In this document: positions 20,561-32,946 of the stretch, piece after piece
Layout: every line of letters starts with the position of its first letter
How positions within the stretch are numbered: position 1 is the stretch's first letter
Origin: Rebecca billardiae RCC1528
Lineage: Eukaryota; Protista; Haptophyta
Assembly (NCBI GenBank): GCA_965240325.2
Contig: OZ251232.1
Span: 2,108,001 to 2,172,000, forward strand
Reading direction: 5' to 3'
Length of the DNA: 64,000 bases
Program-made: the position numbers and the translations under genes
Notes under the pieces: model-generated
Told to the model about the DNA's origin: nothing
Seen by the model: the letters and a program-made list of their open reading frames with translations, nothing else
The model's database searches: none

Positions 20561-23301
20561 GAGATAATGTCAGCTGTATTGCCGTTTTGGAAAGTGTGGT
20601 CAGGTGTATTGCCAAACGCACGTTTTGACTACCGTGGTCAGTTGTATTGCCGTTTTCCATGTTTGGGAATCACGTGTCAATCTTGTTGCCTTGGTCGAAT
20701 ACTTGTGTCAGGTGTATTGCCGTGGATGATGGCCCAATACTTTGTCCAGCTGTTCTGGTGAACACAGCTTTAAACAATTTTAATTCGTGACAAAGCCCTG
20801 GGAGACCCAGCTCCGACCCCCTTTAATTGTGTGTCACCTACTGCTGTCCCAAGTAATACCGGAGTAGGAATACGAACAATGGGGCCTCAAACGTTTTTTG
20901 ATTAGGCACGCCTCGGGAATCGAGAACGCACTTGGTTAATTTTTGCGCCAATTAGGGCACGCCTCGGGAATCGAAGCGCATGTGGTTAATTTTTGCGCGC
21001 GCCGCATGGAGATGTCGTTGCGATTCCCACAAATCTGGCGGCGATCTTAGCTACCGTCTTACCCAGTTCATACCGCCTATACAATACGGTAACGGTACGG
21101 ACCTGGCGCGCCTCGCCGTGCACCGCACGAGGCCACGCGCCCCGGCGCGCGCGCGCCCGCGGCCTCGCACCCAAACTGCGAGACGCCGGCAGCGCTCGAC
21201 GCGTGCCTCGCGCAGCGCGGCTGGCGAGCACGCTGAACGGCGTGGACGAGGCGCGCAACGCGGAGCGCCGCGAGGGTCACGCCGCGCGTCGAGCCGAACC
21301 GCGCGCGGCGCGCGAGGCCGCCGCGACCGACGCGGTCGCGCGCCATCTGGGCGTCCGGCGGCAGCAGCGCGCACGACGTGCGGACTGCAGTTGCTGCACG
21401 ACTACCACGCGTCGATGGCCGACGCGCGCACGCACGGCGTGATCGGTGCGTGCCGTTGCCGTGCCGCCGTGCCCGAGCGGCCGTGCGCAGCGACGACTGC
21501 ATCGACGCGCGCCTCGCTGGCGCCTCGGTGGGCCTTGCAGAACTGGGAGAGCCACGCTGCCGCACCTGGCTAATGGCTAAATCGCACACGCGACGCGCGA
21601 AGACGCGGCAGCCCGGATGATACCGTTAGTCAGCGCTGAACGGCCAACTCGTCTCATCGTCGTCGGGTCTGCCGGCCCTGGCAAGCTTCTCCGTCGCGTC
21701 CTAGACGCGCTGTGTTCGACCAGCCCCACCGGGAAAAGGCCGCTAGGCCCCCGCTGTTTATTGCCGTCGCGTTCCGCGTAGTGTGGGTCAGTTGTGTTGC
21801 CGTTTGCGCATCTTTGATTCAGGTTTGTTGCCGCGATCGCCCACGCGCTGATGATGGCGCTGGCGCCCACGCGTCGCCGGCGTGCGCGGCGTGCCCTTGA
21901 GCAGGCCTAGCTGATCCCAGGCCAGAAGAGTGACGTTCAACGACGACGATCTCTGCCGGGGTAGCGCCGTGTTCCTCGACATCATCAAGCCGAACGACGA
22001 GCTGAACCGTGGACCGGAATCTGCACAAACGCTGCCGCATGCGCGCGCAGTGCAACACGCGCGTGCACCTCGGGCTACTCGCCGTCTACGCGGAGACGGG
22101 CGAGAATCCGTCGTGACTTCTATCGAATCGGCGTTGCTCCGTGCTCACTTCGACTCCGGGACCGTCAAGCGCGCAGTCGATGACATTGCGACGGCAGCGC
22201 ATGCAGGTGCATGCGTGAAGCAGGGTGAGCGTGAGTTGCCGCGCCCCAATTCGCGGGAGTCGAACGTGCACGACGGGCGTGTGCTCTTCAACGGCCTCAA
22301 GGAGCTTGACTAACGCGACGCGCGTCCCCCTCACTGCCTGCCATCGACTGTCATTCACACCGTGGCGATCAACCAACGCGCGTCGCTCTCGCTCGTGCAA
22401 CACTGCTGGCGCGTGCCTTTTTGCGATTGTCATCACTCCAACAGCAGACTGCCCTGTGGTCAACCGTGTGCAGGTGGCTGACCGTGCGCCAGTCGCACTC
22501 GTCAACGCAGGCTGATTGGCCCGTGGAGGAGGAAGTCCAAGGCGTACTGCCAGCTGGGACACAACGCACCGACCGGCGGGCGGTGCGCCGCGCGCGCCTC
22601 GACGAGCCAGCAAGCAGGCGGGGCAGGCGACGCTTCCTGCTGCTGCTGCTGGAACCCGAGAGGCAGGCTTGGCGAGCGCGGTCGCAGCTTGAGGCGGCGC
22701 GTGCAGCGGCACGGGACGCGATGCGGCTCACATGGCCGCTGAAGTAGCAGCAGTCCCGATGACGCTGGCGGCCGGCCGCCGGCGGGCGGCAAGCGCGACG
22801 GCGACGGGAAGCGCCGACTGCTACTGGAAGTCAAGATGAGCTACGCAGGCCGCATGATGATGGCATGTCGGTTGGTTGCAGTCGCGTATCCTGCATGCCG
22901 CGCGCAGGCAGTCGCAGCTCTGCACGCACGCGCACACGGGCTGCGCGAGTCTCTTGTCTGAGTGCGAGTCGTGCCCCAGCCACCAGCTGCTGGCGGCAAT
23001 ACAACTGACACATAGTTATGGAAAGGGCAATATTTCTGAGCAGACTATGTAGTATGTTCAAGCTCGAAAACGGCAATATTCGTGAACCAAGTAGACGTAG
23101 TGTGAAAGGGTCATTGGTTTGAAACCAGTATTTGAGGCGGGGCAATATTGTTGGCACACTATCCAAAAGCGGCAATATTCTTGACCCATACTACTGAAAA
23201 CGGCGATACAACTGACCACGGTAGTCATAACGTGCTTTTGGCAATACAATTAACTCGGACCACACTATCCAAAGCGGCAATAATACAACTGACGTCGGCT
23301 C
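20561..23301. mobile_element. Decayed TIR DNA transposon with long imperfect TIRs built from gtcag(c/t)tgtattgccg subrepeats
   Basis: Left end GAGataatgtcagctgtattgccg...ttttgactaccgtggtcagttgtattgcc matches the reverse complement of about 23190-23301 (ending CTC). Both flanks are TA-rich. The interior has only broken ORFs. Confidence 0.65.
20754..21759 (+). mobile_element. Non-autonomous Helentron-like element, copy 2 (nested in the TIR element)
   Basis: Same termini as 11024-12228. Splits the host motif cagctgt|attgccg with no duplication. Confidence 0.65.
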
Positions 23302-23324
23302 ATATATATATATATGCTCTGTAG

Positions 23325-23344
23325 TCTCTCTCTCTCTCTCTCTC

Positions 23345-23385
<41 letters not shown>
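23325..23385. repeat. (CT)n microsatellite
   Basis: Interrupted tctctc run. Confidence 0.95.
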
Positions 23386-23388
<3 letters not shown>

Positions 23389-23429
23389 GGCAGGCCTGAC
23401 AGCCCGCCCTGAATCCTGAGACCTGACGG

Positions 23430-24416
23430 TCAGCTCCACTCGTGCACGTACACGCACGCTTTGCGCAGGAACACAAGCCATCGCAGCGCCTCCTGTCGAT
23501 GCACGCAGGGCTGCGTGTCGGACTCCGCCGTCTTGGAGCACTTGCTGCGCCGGTTGGCTGAATGCCAGCTCTGCCGCGAGTAGTGCATCTCGATGAAGAG
23601 CTCGTCGATCACCGCCATTGCGCCCGTGTTGATCAGCAGCGGCAGCAGCTCGTACTCGGTGCCCTCGACGTCCAGCTTGAGGACGACGAAGTCGGCGGGC
23701 GTGTATCGCGCGAGGAGCCAGCGCGACATGTTGTGCACGGGCACCTCCTCCATCTGCGTCGTGCTCAGCCGCTGATGCATGCCGATGCCACGCGAGCTGA
23801 GTTGCGAGCCGACGGGCAGGTGCAGCATTGCTTTGGATGCCGCCGCCACGCCAGAGATGGGCATCTGCACGGCGCCGTCGTAAGAGGCAAAGGCTGCGTG
23901 CATCATCTCGAAGCGCGGCGAGCGGCCCTGCTTCCGGAGTGTCTGGTTGCCCCACACGGCCGCATCACTGGCCCAGCTGCGCGCGTACGTGCCGTCCATC
24001 TCGACGCCCACCACGTGGTCGAACGACGACGCGTCAGGATACTTGCCGAGAAACTCGGCGGTGGAGCTGGCGAACTTGCGCGCGCCGACGTCGATGAACA
24101 CGCGCCGGGCGGCCTGCGCGCGCTCCTCCGCCGAGAGTCGCGTCCACAGCGGGCGCGTCATGCCTTTGGCCATCCACTGTGACTTGAACCTGAGCGTCGG
24201 CCATTCCTCGCCCGTAAACAACGGCTCGAGCGCCGAGATGGACGCCCGCGAGCGAGTGCCTCTCGCCGTGCACAGGCCGTCGGGGTGCCGTGCAAAGAAG
24301 TGCTCTTGCGCCCGGGCAAACGCCGCGTCGCGTTCCGCGCGCGCGCAGGGGATCGAAGCGCCTCGGAAAGGGCATGAGGATGTGCCCAGGACGAGCAACG
24401 CCACCACCGCCGCCAT
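23430..24416 (-). CDS. FkbM/Methyltransf_21-like SAM-dependent methyltransferase with N-terminal signal or anchor
   Basis: VFIDVGA SAM motif, DFVVLKLDVEGTEYELL, IDELFIEMH, C-terminal VHEW. Start MAAVVALLVLG. Confidence 0.8.
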   Translation of the reverse strand: MAAVVALLVLGTSSCPFRGASIPCARAERDAAFARAQEHFFARHPDGLCTARGTRSRASISALEPLFTGEEWPTLRFKSQWMAKGMTRPLWTRLSAEERAQAARRVFIDVGARKFASSTAEFLGKYPDASSFDHVVGVEMDGTYARSWASDAAVWGNQTLRKQGRSPRFEMMHAAFASYDGAVQMPISGVAAASKAMLHLPVGSQLSSRGIGMHQRLSTTQMEEVPVHNMSRWLLARYTPADFVVLKLDVEGTEYELLPLLINTGAMAVIDELFIEMHYSRQSWHSANRRSKCSKTAESDTQPCVHRQEALRWLVFLRKACVYVHEWS

Positions 24417-25176
24417 CGTCTTCTCAGACTCCACGGCTGTATACGTGCATCCAAGACTCTCTCTGCAAGAGGCAAGGAGGCAAGCGGCGTGCACACCAAC
24501 GATGGCGGACCGCCCGGACGTGGGCAGGATGACATCATGTTCTGTCGCAAGCCCGCCGCAAAGGCTGATGGCTTCTGGGCCTGCACTGCCAGGCAGACGG
24601 CGAGTAGCTCGTTGAGGCGTCGCCGTGCGCAGCCGATGCGCTGATTGCCCTGACCGTCGTCGCGGCCGCGGGCCGAATCGATCGCCCCTTGCGGCCGCGC
24701 GGCCAGGCCATGCCCATGATCACCGCTAAACGGAGTGCCGTTGAAGGCTGAAGTCACCCCTTCAGAAGCTGCTCTGCGCCGGCTCGCAGTATGTGCTGCA
24801 AGCTGCACTTGTTCAAGGTGTGCACTCATCGTAGATCCCAGCTGCTGTGGGCGCCCGCCAGCCCGCTCATGCTGCTCATCGTCAGTGCTTGTGGATGGCT
24901 ACCGTACCGCCCCCCCCCTGTTCGCGCGCGGCCCGCGATGGTCGTAACCCTTGTCATCAGACCGGGTACGAGATGGGGCAATGCGCAATAATGTTTGCTC
25001 GTGCCCGACGCATGCCCTTGCTATCCAGATGGGCATCTGACATCTCGTTCTCCAATTAAAATGTGGCGCCGCTAATTTGGCCGAATACATACGACCATTC
25101 AGGCCTTGGCCGTGGCAGCGGCCAGCGGGGGTGAAGAGTGAGGGTGGTCCCGGCGACGGCGCTCGTAATTGCGACC

Positions 25177-27791
25177 ATGGCCACGCGCCACGCGCTCGCG
25201 CTACTGCTGGCGCTCGCGGCCGCGCCGCTGTGCGCGGCTTGGGGCGGGCAGCTTGGCCGTACGCCTAGCACGAGCACCGCCTCCCGATCGTCGGCCGCGG
25301 TTCGGGCTGTCGCCGCGCGCACCGCGCCGACGATGCTGTTTGGGCGCGGCGAGGCGCGCGCGGCCGCGGTGGAGAGCGCCGAGTACGACTACATCGTCGT
25401 GGGTGGCGGGACGGCGGGGTGCGTGCTGGCGAACCGTCTCACCGACCAGCCAGACACGCGCGTGCTCGTGCTCGAGGCTGGCACGCGCGCGCACAAGTCC
25501 ATGATCGTCAAGGCGCCCGTCGGCCTGATGAAGATCTTCAAGTCGAAGCTCGACTGGAACTTCCAGACGGCGCCGTCGCAGGACCTGAAGGGGCGCGAGG
25601 TGTACATCTGCCGCGGCAAGATGCTCGGCGGCTCGTCGTGCGCGAACGTCGTGCTGTACAACCGCGGCGCCGCCGCCGACTACGACGCGTGGGCGGACGA
25701 GTGCGGAGACCCGACTTGGAACGCCGAGAACCTGCTGCCCTACTTCAAGAAGGCGCAGAACTGCGTGTCGAAGGAGAACTCGGGCGTGGGCGAGTGGCAC
25801 GGCGCGGGCGGCCCGCAGACCGTCTCGGACGTGCCGTACCAGAACAAGATGTCCAAGGCCTTCCTCGAGGCGGCGCAGCAGGCGGGCGGACAGCTCAACG
25901 CTGACTTCAACGACTGGTCGCGCGCGCAGACGGGCTTTGGCCGTTACCAGGTGATGGAGAAGCGCGGCAGGCGGTCGGACGCCGCGAGCTCGTACCTCGA
26001 CCCGGTGCGCGGGCGGCCGAACCTCGACGTGGTCACCGGCGCGCAGGCGACCGGCGTGGTGCTCGACGGGAGCAAGCGCGCGACGGGCGTGCGCTTTGTC
26101 GACGCCGACGGCGTGGAGCGTGTCGCGACGCTCGCGTCGAACGGCGAGGCTCTGCTGACGCTCGGCGCCATCGGCTCGCCTCACCTGCTCATGACGAGCG
26201 GCGTGGGCCCCGCGGATCACCTCAAGGAGCGCGGCGTCAACGTGCGCGCGCGCGCGGGAGACTCGGCTGCTCAGCTCGCCGCCGCGTCTGCGCGCAGCGC
26301 GCCCCGCGGTGCCCTGTGCCGCGCGCGCTCTCACGCCCGTGCCCCCCCCCCCCTCCCCACTGCGCCCGTGCCCGGCGTCCGGCGGCGCAGGTGGTGCACG
26401 ACCTGCCCGGCGTGGGCGCCAACCTGCAGGACCACCCGGCCGTGCTCGTCTCCGCCACGGGCGAGGGCATGCCTGCGGCCAAGGGCCAGTCGCAGTCCTC
26501 GCGCATCAAGCTCGGCACGTCGGAGAAGATCAACCCGCTCGCTGTCGCGCAGTTCATGGTGGGCAGGGGGCCGCTCACCTCGCCGGGGTGCGACCACGGC
26601 GGCTTCGCGTACTCCGACCGCGAGGCCCAGTCCGCCGCGCCGCCAAAGTCGAGGAGCGACCTCCCAGGTACGCTTGCAGCCGGCGTGGGCTCCAGCCCGC
26701 GCGCCACGCGCCGCGCGCGCCGCGCCGCGCGCCGCGTCTCTGCTGCTGGCCTGCCTTGCCTGCCTGCGCGCGCGGCGCTGAGCGTGCTGACGGCCATCGC
26801 CCTGCCCCGCACTGGCCTGCGCGCGTGCGTGCGTGCGTGCGCAGACATTCAGTTCCGCTTCCTCGCGAGCAAGACGATCTCGCCCGACGGCATGAGCACG
26901 ATCGCGGACAAGTTCCTCCAGTCCAAGGAGAAGCTACCGGACGGCATCACCATCCAGACGATCGCCGCGCGGCCGCACTCGCGCGGCCAGGTGCGGCTGG
27001 CCACGGCCAACCCGCTTGACAAGCCGATCATCGAGGTGCGCACGCGCGCGCTCGCGCCGGGCGCACGGCGCGTGCCCGCGCGGCGCGTGGTCGCCCCAGA
27101 CGCCCGTCTGATCGGCACACGAGCAGCACGCACGCGCCTTCCGCGAGGCCATTGGCTGCGCCGCCGCGCCCGCCCTTGGCGCGCGCGCGCTCCTCACACA
27201 CACCGCGCGCCCCCGCCCCTGGCCGCGCGCAGGGCGGCTACCTGAGCGACCCGCGCGACGTCAAGTCGCTGGTGAGCGGGCTGCGCAAGGCGCGGGAGAT
27301 CCTCAAGCAGCCAGCGCTCCTTCCGTACCAGAAGGAGGAGGAGTACCCGGGGGCTGCCACCACGTCCGACTCTGCGCTGGAGGACTACGTGCGCTCCACC
27401 GTGCACACGGCAAACGCAGTCGTCGGCACGTGCAAGATGGGCAAGCCGTCCGACCCGATGGCCGTCGTGGATAACGAGCTCAAGGTGGTGGGCTTGGAGG
27501 TGTGCGCGCGCACGCGCGCGCAGCGAGCGCGCAGGCTCGTGCGTGCGTCCCCGCGGCCGTGCGCGACGGTCGAGCTGACCGCGCGCGCGTGGCCCTGCCG
27601 CGTCGCGCCCGCCGTGCCCGCCGCGCCTTGCGTAGGGAGTGCGCGTGTGCGATTCGTCGGTCATGCCCATCCTGCCCGGCGGGCAGACGGCGCCGTCGAC
27701 GCTGGCCATCGCCGAGAAGGCCGCCGACATCATCCAGCGCAGCCTGGCGCCCAGCCGCGTCGCCGACCCGTCCTCTTTCCAGACCGCGTAG
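25177..27791 (+). CDS. FAP: Fatty acid photodecarboxylase (GMC oxidoreductase), plastid-targeted; 5 exons
   Basis: Exons 25177-26241, 26391-26667, 26845-27035, 27233-27499, 27636-27791. GGGTAG FAD motif; FAP-type DFNDWS, LTSPGCD (catalytic Cys), DIQFRF (catalytic Arg), PDGMST, GITIQ, VHTANA, PGGQT. Signal peptide followed by a Ser/Arg-rich transit peptide. Confidence 0.88.
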
Positions 27792-28495
27792 GGCGGCGCG
27801 TCCATGCTTGCACCGTGGACGAGAGATCACACCGCACGCGCGGGCCGTGCGGCTCGCTTGCATATCCACCGGGAACGTGCTGCTATGCTACTGGGACCAG
27901 CTCAATCGCCGCGGCGAAGTGGCCGCGCTTATCTGCGTGCTGCTGCAGAGACTGCGCGCAGTAACCGGGCATATCGTCGTCGTCATCATCACGCCGTCCG
28001 CACCCGGCAGCGCCCCTGACCAAGCTCGGACCGGCCACGCGACATTCTATCGTCTCTTCACTATATTATCATCAGCACAGTAGCATAGCAGTATTAGCAT
28101 TAGTCGCGCGATATTATAGTATTATTCTGCTAATGTATTATTAATTATATATATGTACATTATTATAATATATATATTATTTAAGGACGATTCTCATTCA
28201 CCAGACCGTGCGGCCCGGTCCGAGGCAGCCCGGGTGAGCCCTGAGCATGACAGAGCCTACCCAGGATGGCCATTGGCGTTGTGTCGCGCGCGGCCCGCAT
28301 CGCCATCGGCACGGCGGCCGCCATTCAATGCACCGCCGCTGACACGCCGCTGGCATTCACCGCCAGACGAGGATCGTCGTCTGACCAGATCGAGCAGCAT
28401 CACCGGCATCGTGCTTACGCCCCCAGCGCAGGCCGCGGCACACTGCTCGGCTCCATCCGGGGCCCATGGCGGCCAGCGGGCGGTGGCCGTCTCGC

Positions 28496-29050
28496 TCAGC
28501 GCTTCTCGCTCTTGCGCCCCCAGAAGGAGTAGCCGCGCTTGCCCTCCGCCGCGGGCTCGCTGCCCCCCTTCTTATTGCGGTTGCGCCTGCGGTTGCGCCC
28601 GCTGTTCTTTGACGTGCCATCGATGTTCATCCGGTCGTCCTCGAACGGAGGCGGCGCCGGCTTGGGCGCTGGCGCAGCGGGCAACTCCTCCGCATCGGCC
28701 TCGCCCTCGCCGCCCGGCCCGAACTGAAGCACCGCCTCGCCGTCGCCCGCGATGAGGTGCAGCGGATGCGTGACGCGGCGGTTGCCGCTGATCGCGAACC
28801 CCGCCTCGGCCACCTGCTCCGACCTGAAGTCCGTCAGCGGCGTGAACGTGTGCTGCGGGATCACGGCGTCGGCTTCGTCCGAGCGGAACGCGTTGCGCCG
28901 CGCCTTTGTCGGGTCGATGATGCCCTGCGCCGCGCGCTGCAGCTTCTCGGTGACGGGCTTTGCCCGCTCCGCAGAGACCGTGCGCTTGACCACCCCACGC
29001 TTCGCCGTGCGGAACCGCCGCTTCACCTTGCTGCGGATGCTCTTGGCCAT
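28496..29050 (-). CDS. LLPH/DUF2423-family small basic nucleolar protein
   Basis: N-terminus MAKSIRSKVKRRFRTAKR is the family signature; basic C-terminal tail. Confidence 0.75.
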   Translation of the reverse strand: MAKSIRSKVKRRFRTAKRGVVKRTVSAERAKPVTEKLQRAAQGIIDPTKARRNAFRSDEADAVIPQHTFTPLTDFRSEQVAEAGFAISGNRRVTHPLHLIAGDGEAVLQFGPGGEGEADAEELPAAPAPKPAPPPFEDDRMNIDGTSKNSGRNRRRNRNKKGGSEPAAEGKRGYSFWGRKSEKR

Positions 29051-29343
29051 GGCGACGGGGCGGGACGGCTGCCCTCGTGCGCACCCACCCGGCAAAGGTT
29101 CAAGGTGCTCAAAGCGGGTCACGTCCACCGGGCGGAGCTCTCCAGCGCTCCCGCCCCGGGCCGGTCCGGAGCAATGTGGTCAATGGTCAAGACTGGTCAG
29201 CAGCGCCCGGACATTCACAGCGCTCGCGGCTTGCTGCCGGCCCTGTATTTCTTTGCTGCCGGGAGGCTCGCCGCGGCCCCGCTGCCGCCGCAAGCAGCCG
29301 CGCTCGCGACCGCGCGCCTGCGCTCGACGCAGCCCGCGCCAAG

Positions 29344-32300
29344 ATGGGCGTGCCCGCGTTCTACCGGTGGCTCGCGGAGAAGTACCCGAAGACGGTCGTC
29401 GACTGCATCGAGGCGGAGGCCCCGCCGCGCGACGACGGCACGAGCGACTTCTCGGCGGTCGACATCCGCGAGCCCAACCCGAACGGCGTCGAGGTCGACA
29501 ACCTGTACCTGGACATGAACGGCGTGATCCACCCGTGCTCGCACCCGGAGAACGGGCCGCAGCCCACGAGCGAGGACGAGATCTTCGCCAACATCGAGCG
29601 CTACATCGACCGCCTCGTCGCGGCCGTGCGGCCGCGCCGGCTGCTCTTCATGGCCGTCGACGGCCCGGCGCCGCGCGCCAAGATGAACCAGCAGCGCTCG
29701 CGCCGGTTCAAGGCGGCGAAGGACGGCGCGGAGCGCGAGGCGGAGGAGGCGCGCCTCCGCGCCGAGTGGCACGCCCGCGGCCTCACGCCGCCGCCCAAGC
29801 GCGACGCGGGCGCGTTCCACTTTGACTCGAACGTGATCACGCCCGGCACGTCCTTCATGGCGCGGCTCGCGGACGCGCTGCGCGCGTACGTGGCGCGCCG
29901 CCTCGCGAGCCAGCCGGGGTGGCGCGGGCTCGCGGTGATCCTGAGCGACGCCTCCGTCCCCGGCGAGGGCGAGCACAAGATCATGCAGCACATCCGCGTG
30001 CAGCGCTCGCTGCCCGGGTACGACGCCAACATGTGGCACGTCGTGCACGGGCTGGACGCCGACCTGATCATGCTCGCGCTGGCGACGCACGAGCCGCGCT
30101 TCATGATCCTGCGCGAGATGGTGTTCTCGCCCAGGGACCGCAAGAAGCGCGCCGGCCTCGGCGCCGCCGCCGCCGCCGAGGACGAGGAGGACGAGCGCGA
30201 GGCGCAGGCGGCGCTCGCGCTGCGGCGCGGCGGCAAGCCGCTGCAGCTGCTGCGCATCAACACGCTGCGCGAGTACCTGCGCGTCGAGTTCGGCGAGATG
30301 TCGTTCGAGGGCACGCCCGAGGCGTTCGACCTGGAGCGCGTGATCGACGACTTCGTCTTCCTCTGCTTCTTCGTGGGCAACGACTTCCTGCCGCACATGC
30401 CCGCGCTCGAGATCCACGACGGCGCGATCGACACGCTGATGGGCATGTACGCGACGTCGATGGCGGAGCTCGGCGGCTACGTGACGACGTCGGGCGAGAT
30501 GGACCTGCGCCGCGCGGAGCTGCTGCTGCGCAAGGTGGGCGCGTACGAGGAGGACGTCTTCGCGCGCCGGCGCAAGCGCGACGCGGGCAAGCGCCGCTCG
30601 ATCGACGAGCGCGCGCGGCTCGTGCAGCAGGAGCAGGCGAGCGCGCACGCGGTCGCCAACGGCGGCGCGTCGCCGTACGGCGCGCTCTACCCGCCGCGCG
30701 GCGCGGAGGCGCTCAAGCTGTGGAAGCAGCTCGAGGCGTTCGCGGACGCGCGCAAGTACGACGAGCGCCTCGAGCTCGAGCCGCAGGGCGCGCAGCTCCG
30801 CGCGTGCGCCCACCTGTACTGCCACATGCTCGGGCTGCGCGCGGACGCGGGCCACAACAACGTGACGCTGGTGGTGACACTCTCGCTCCCGCACCCGACG
30901 GAGGAGGACTCGGCGCACGCGCGGGGGCGGAAGGGCGCGGCGCAGCCGAAGGCGGCGTGCGCGGCGAGCGGCGGCGGCGGCGCCGAGCTCGCCGCGGACG
31001 CCGCGCCGCCCGCCGCGGCGGACGCCGCCGCCGCCGGCGCCGCGGGCGCGCGCGCGCGCACCGCGGACGAGCGGCGCGCGGACGAGGACGCGAAGCAAGC
31101 CGCCGCGGAGGAGGCGGCGCGCGCGAGCCGCTTCGCCGTCGAGCTCAAGCTCGCGCTCGACCGGCGCGACACGGTGCTGCAGTCCGTCCCGGACACGATC
31201 TCGTACGGCGCCCCCGGCTGGCGCGACCGCTACTACTCGCAGAAGCTCGGGATCGGCGCGGACGAGCCCGGCCGTCTGCGCGAGGTGGTGACGGCGTACG
31301 TGGAGGGGCTGTGCTGGGTGCTGCGCTACTACTACCAGGGGGTGCAGTCGTGGGGCTGGTTCTACCCGTACCACTACGCGCCGTGCGCGTCGGACATGAA
31401 GCACCTCGCCGAGCTCTCCGCGCGCGTGCGCGCCTTCGAGCTGGGCACGCCGTGGTCGCCGCTCATGCAGCTGATGGCGGTCTTCCCGGCGCGCTCCGGT
31501 GAGCTGCGCGCGCGCGCGCGCGCACGCGCGCGCGCGCGAGCTGAAACCGCGGCGCGACGCGGCGGCGCGGCGCGGCGCGGCGCGGAGCTGCGCGCGTGGG
31601 CTGCGCGGAGCGCGCGCGCGGGCACGAGCCGCGCACCCCGCCGCGGCGCGCGCCCCCGCCCCGCGCAGGCCACGCGCTGCCCCCCGCGTACCGCGCGCTC
31701 ATGTCGTCGCACGGCTCACCGGTGATCGACTTTTACCCGCAGGACTTTGCGCAGGACCTCAACGGCAAGAAGTTCGGCTGGCAGGTGCGCGCGCGCGCGC
31801 GCGCGCGCGCGTTCCCGAGCGGCCGGCCGGCCGGGGCGCGCGCGGTGCGCGGAGACGGCGCGCCGGCTGAGTGCCGCTCTGCCCCGCTCTGCCGCGCCTC
31901 CGCGCGCGCGTGCCGCGCCTCCGCGCGCGCGCCGCGGCGCACTGTGCGCGCCGCTTTTGCAGGCGATTGCGCTGCTGCCCTTCATCGAGCACGTGCGCCT
32001 CGCCTCCGCGCTCGAGCCGCTCAAGCACACGCTCAGCGAGGTCGAGCGCACGCGCGACTCGCACGGCTCGACGCTCGTCTTCACGCACGCGGAGTCGGCG
32101 CTCGGGCTCGAGCTCCGCCCACTCGCCGGCGGCGCGGGCGCGGACTCGGGCGTCGTGGCCGGCGCGCGCAGCTTTGCCCCCGCGCAGCGCGTGGGCGGCG
32201 TGCCGTACGGCGGCACCGCGCGCAGGCCGGCGGAGCTGCTTCACGCCGGCGCCGTGCTGCGCGCCACGGCGGACCAGCCGCGGCCGGAGCCGCACAAGTC

Positions 32301-32661
32301 GATCATCCTGCCCACGGTGCTCATGCCCGCGCACACGCTCGCAGACGGTGACGGGCCGCTGCTCTCGAAGGATGCCAAGATGATCTCGCGCGAGCGCGAG
32401 CGCTCGGCTGCCGGCGGCGGGCGCGGCGGCGGCTACGGCGGCGGCTACGGCGGCGCCAACCGCCGCGCGGGCATCGGCCACGCCGAGCGCGGGGCCGGGC
32501 GCGACGCGGCCCAGCAGGGCGGGCAGTTCGCACCGGACGCGCCCGCCGGGCGCATGGTGCGCGCTGTGATCGGCCGCGGCCGAGGCGAGCAGCCCAAGCG
32601 GCCGCCGAGCGGCGGCGGGGCGTCGCTCGCCAACGCCTTCTCCCTCCTCAGCGCGGACTGA
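29344..32661 (+). CDS. XRN2: 5'-3' exoribonuclease XRN2/Rat1-type (exons 29344-31498, 31669-31784, 31963-32661)
   Basis: MGVPAFYRWL, NPNG.E.DNLYLDMNG.IHPC, PRAKMNQQRSRRF, FDSNVITPGT, PGEGEHKI, GLDADLIML, FFVGNDFLPH, WFYPYHYAP, DLNGKK..WQ. Confidence 0.93.
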
Positions 32662-32946
32662 GTGCGCGCGCGGGCCGAGCGCGCGGCGGCCCTTGGGCTG
32701 GATGGCGGCGCTGGAGGGCAGCGCCGTGCCGCGCTGGCTCGCTGCTACTCGCGGCGCTCACTGCTCAGGCGTGAAGTGCGCACGGTGCGGCAGTGCGGGC
32801 GTAGCTAGGGCTGGGCACCAGCGCGGGTACAGTAACGGTCGCCTCGGCGATCGATCGACCGCGAGCTGCGTGATCGCCGTGGCCTTCGGGCGACGAGGAC
32901 ATATAATATATATATTATATAATATATATATATATAATATATATAT

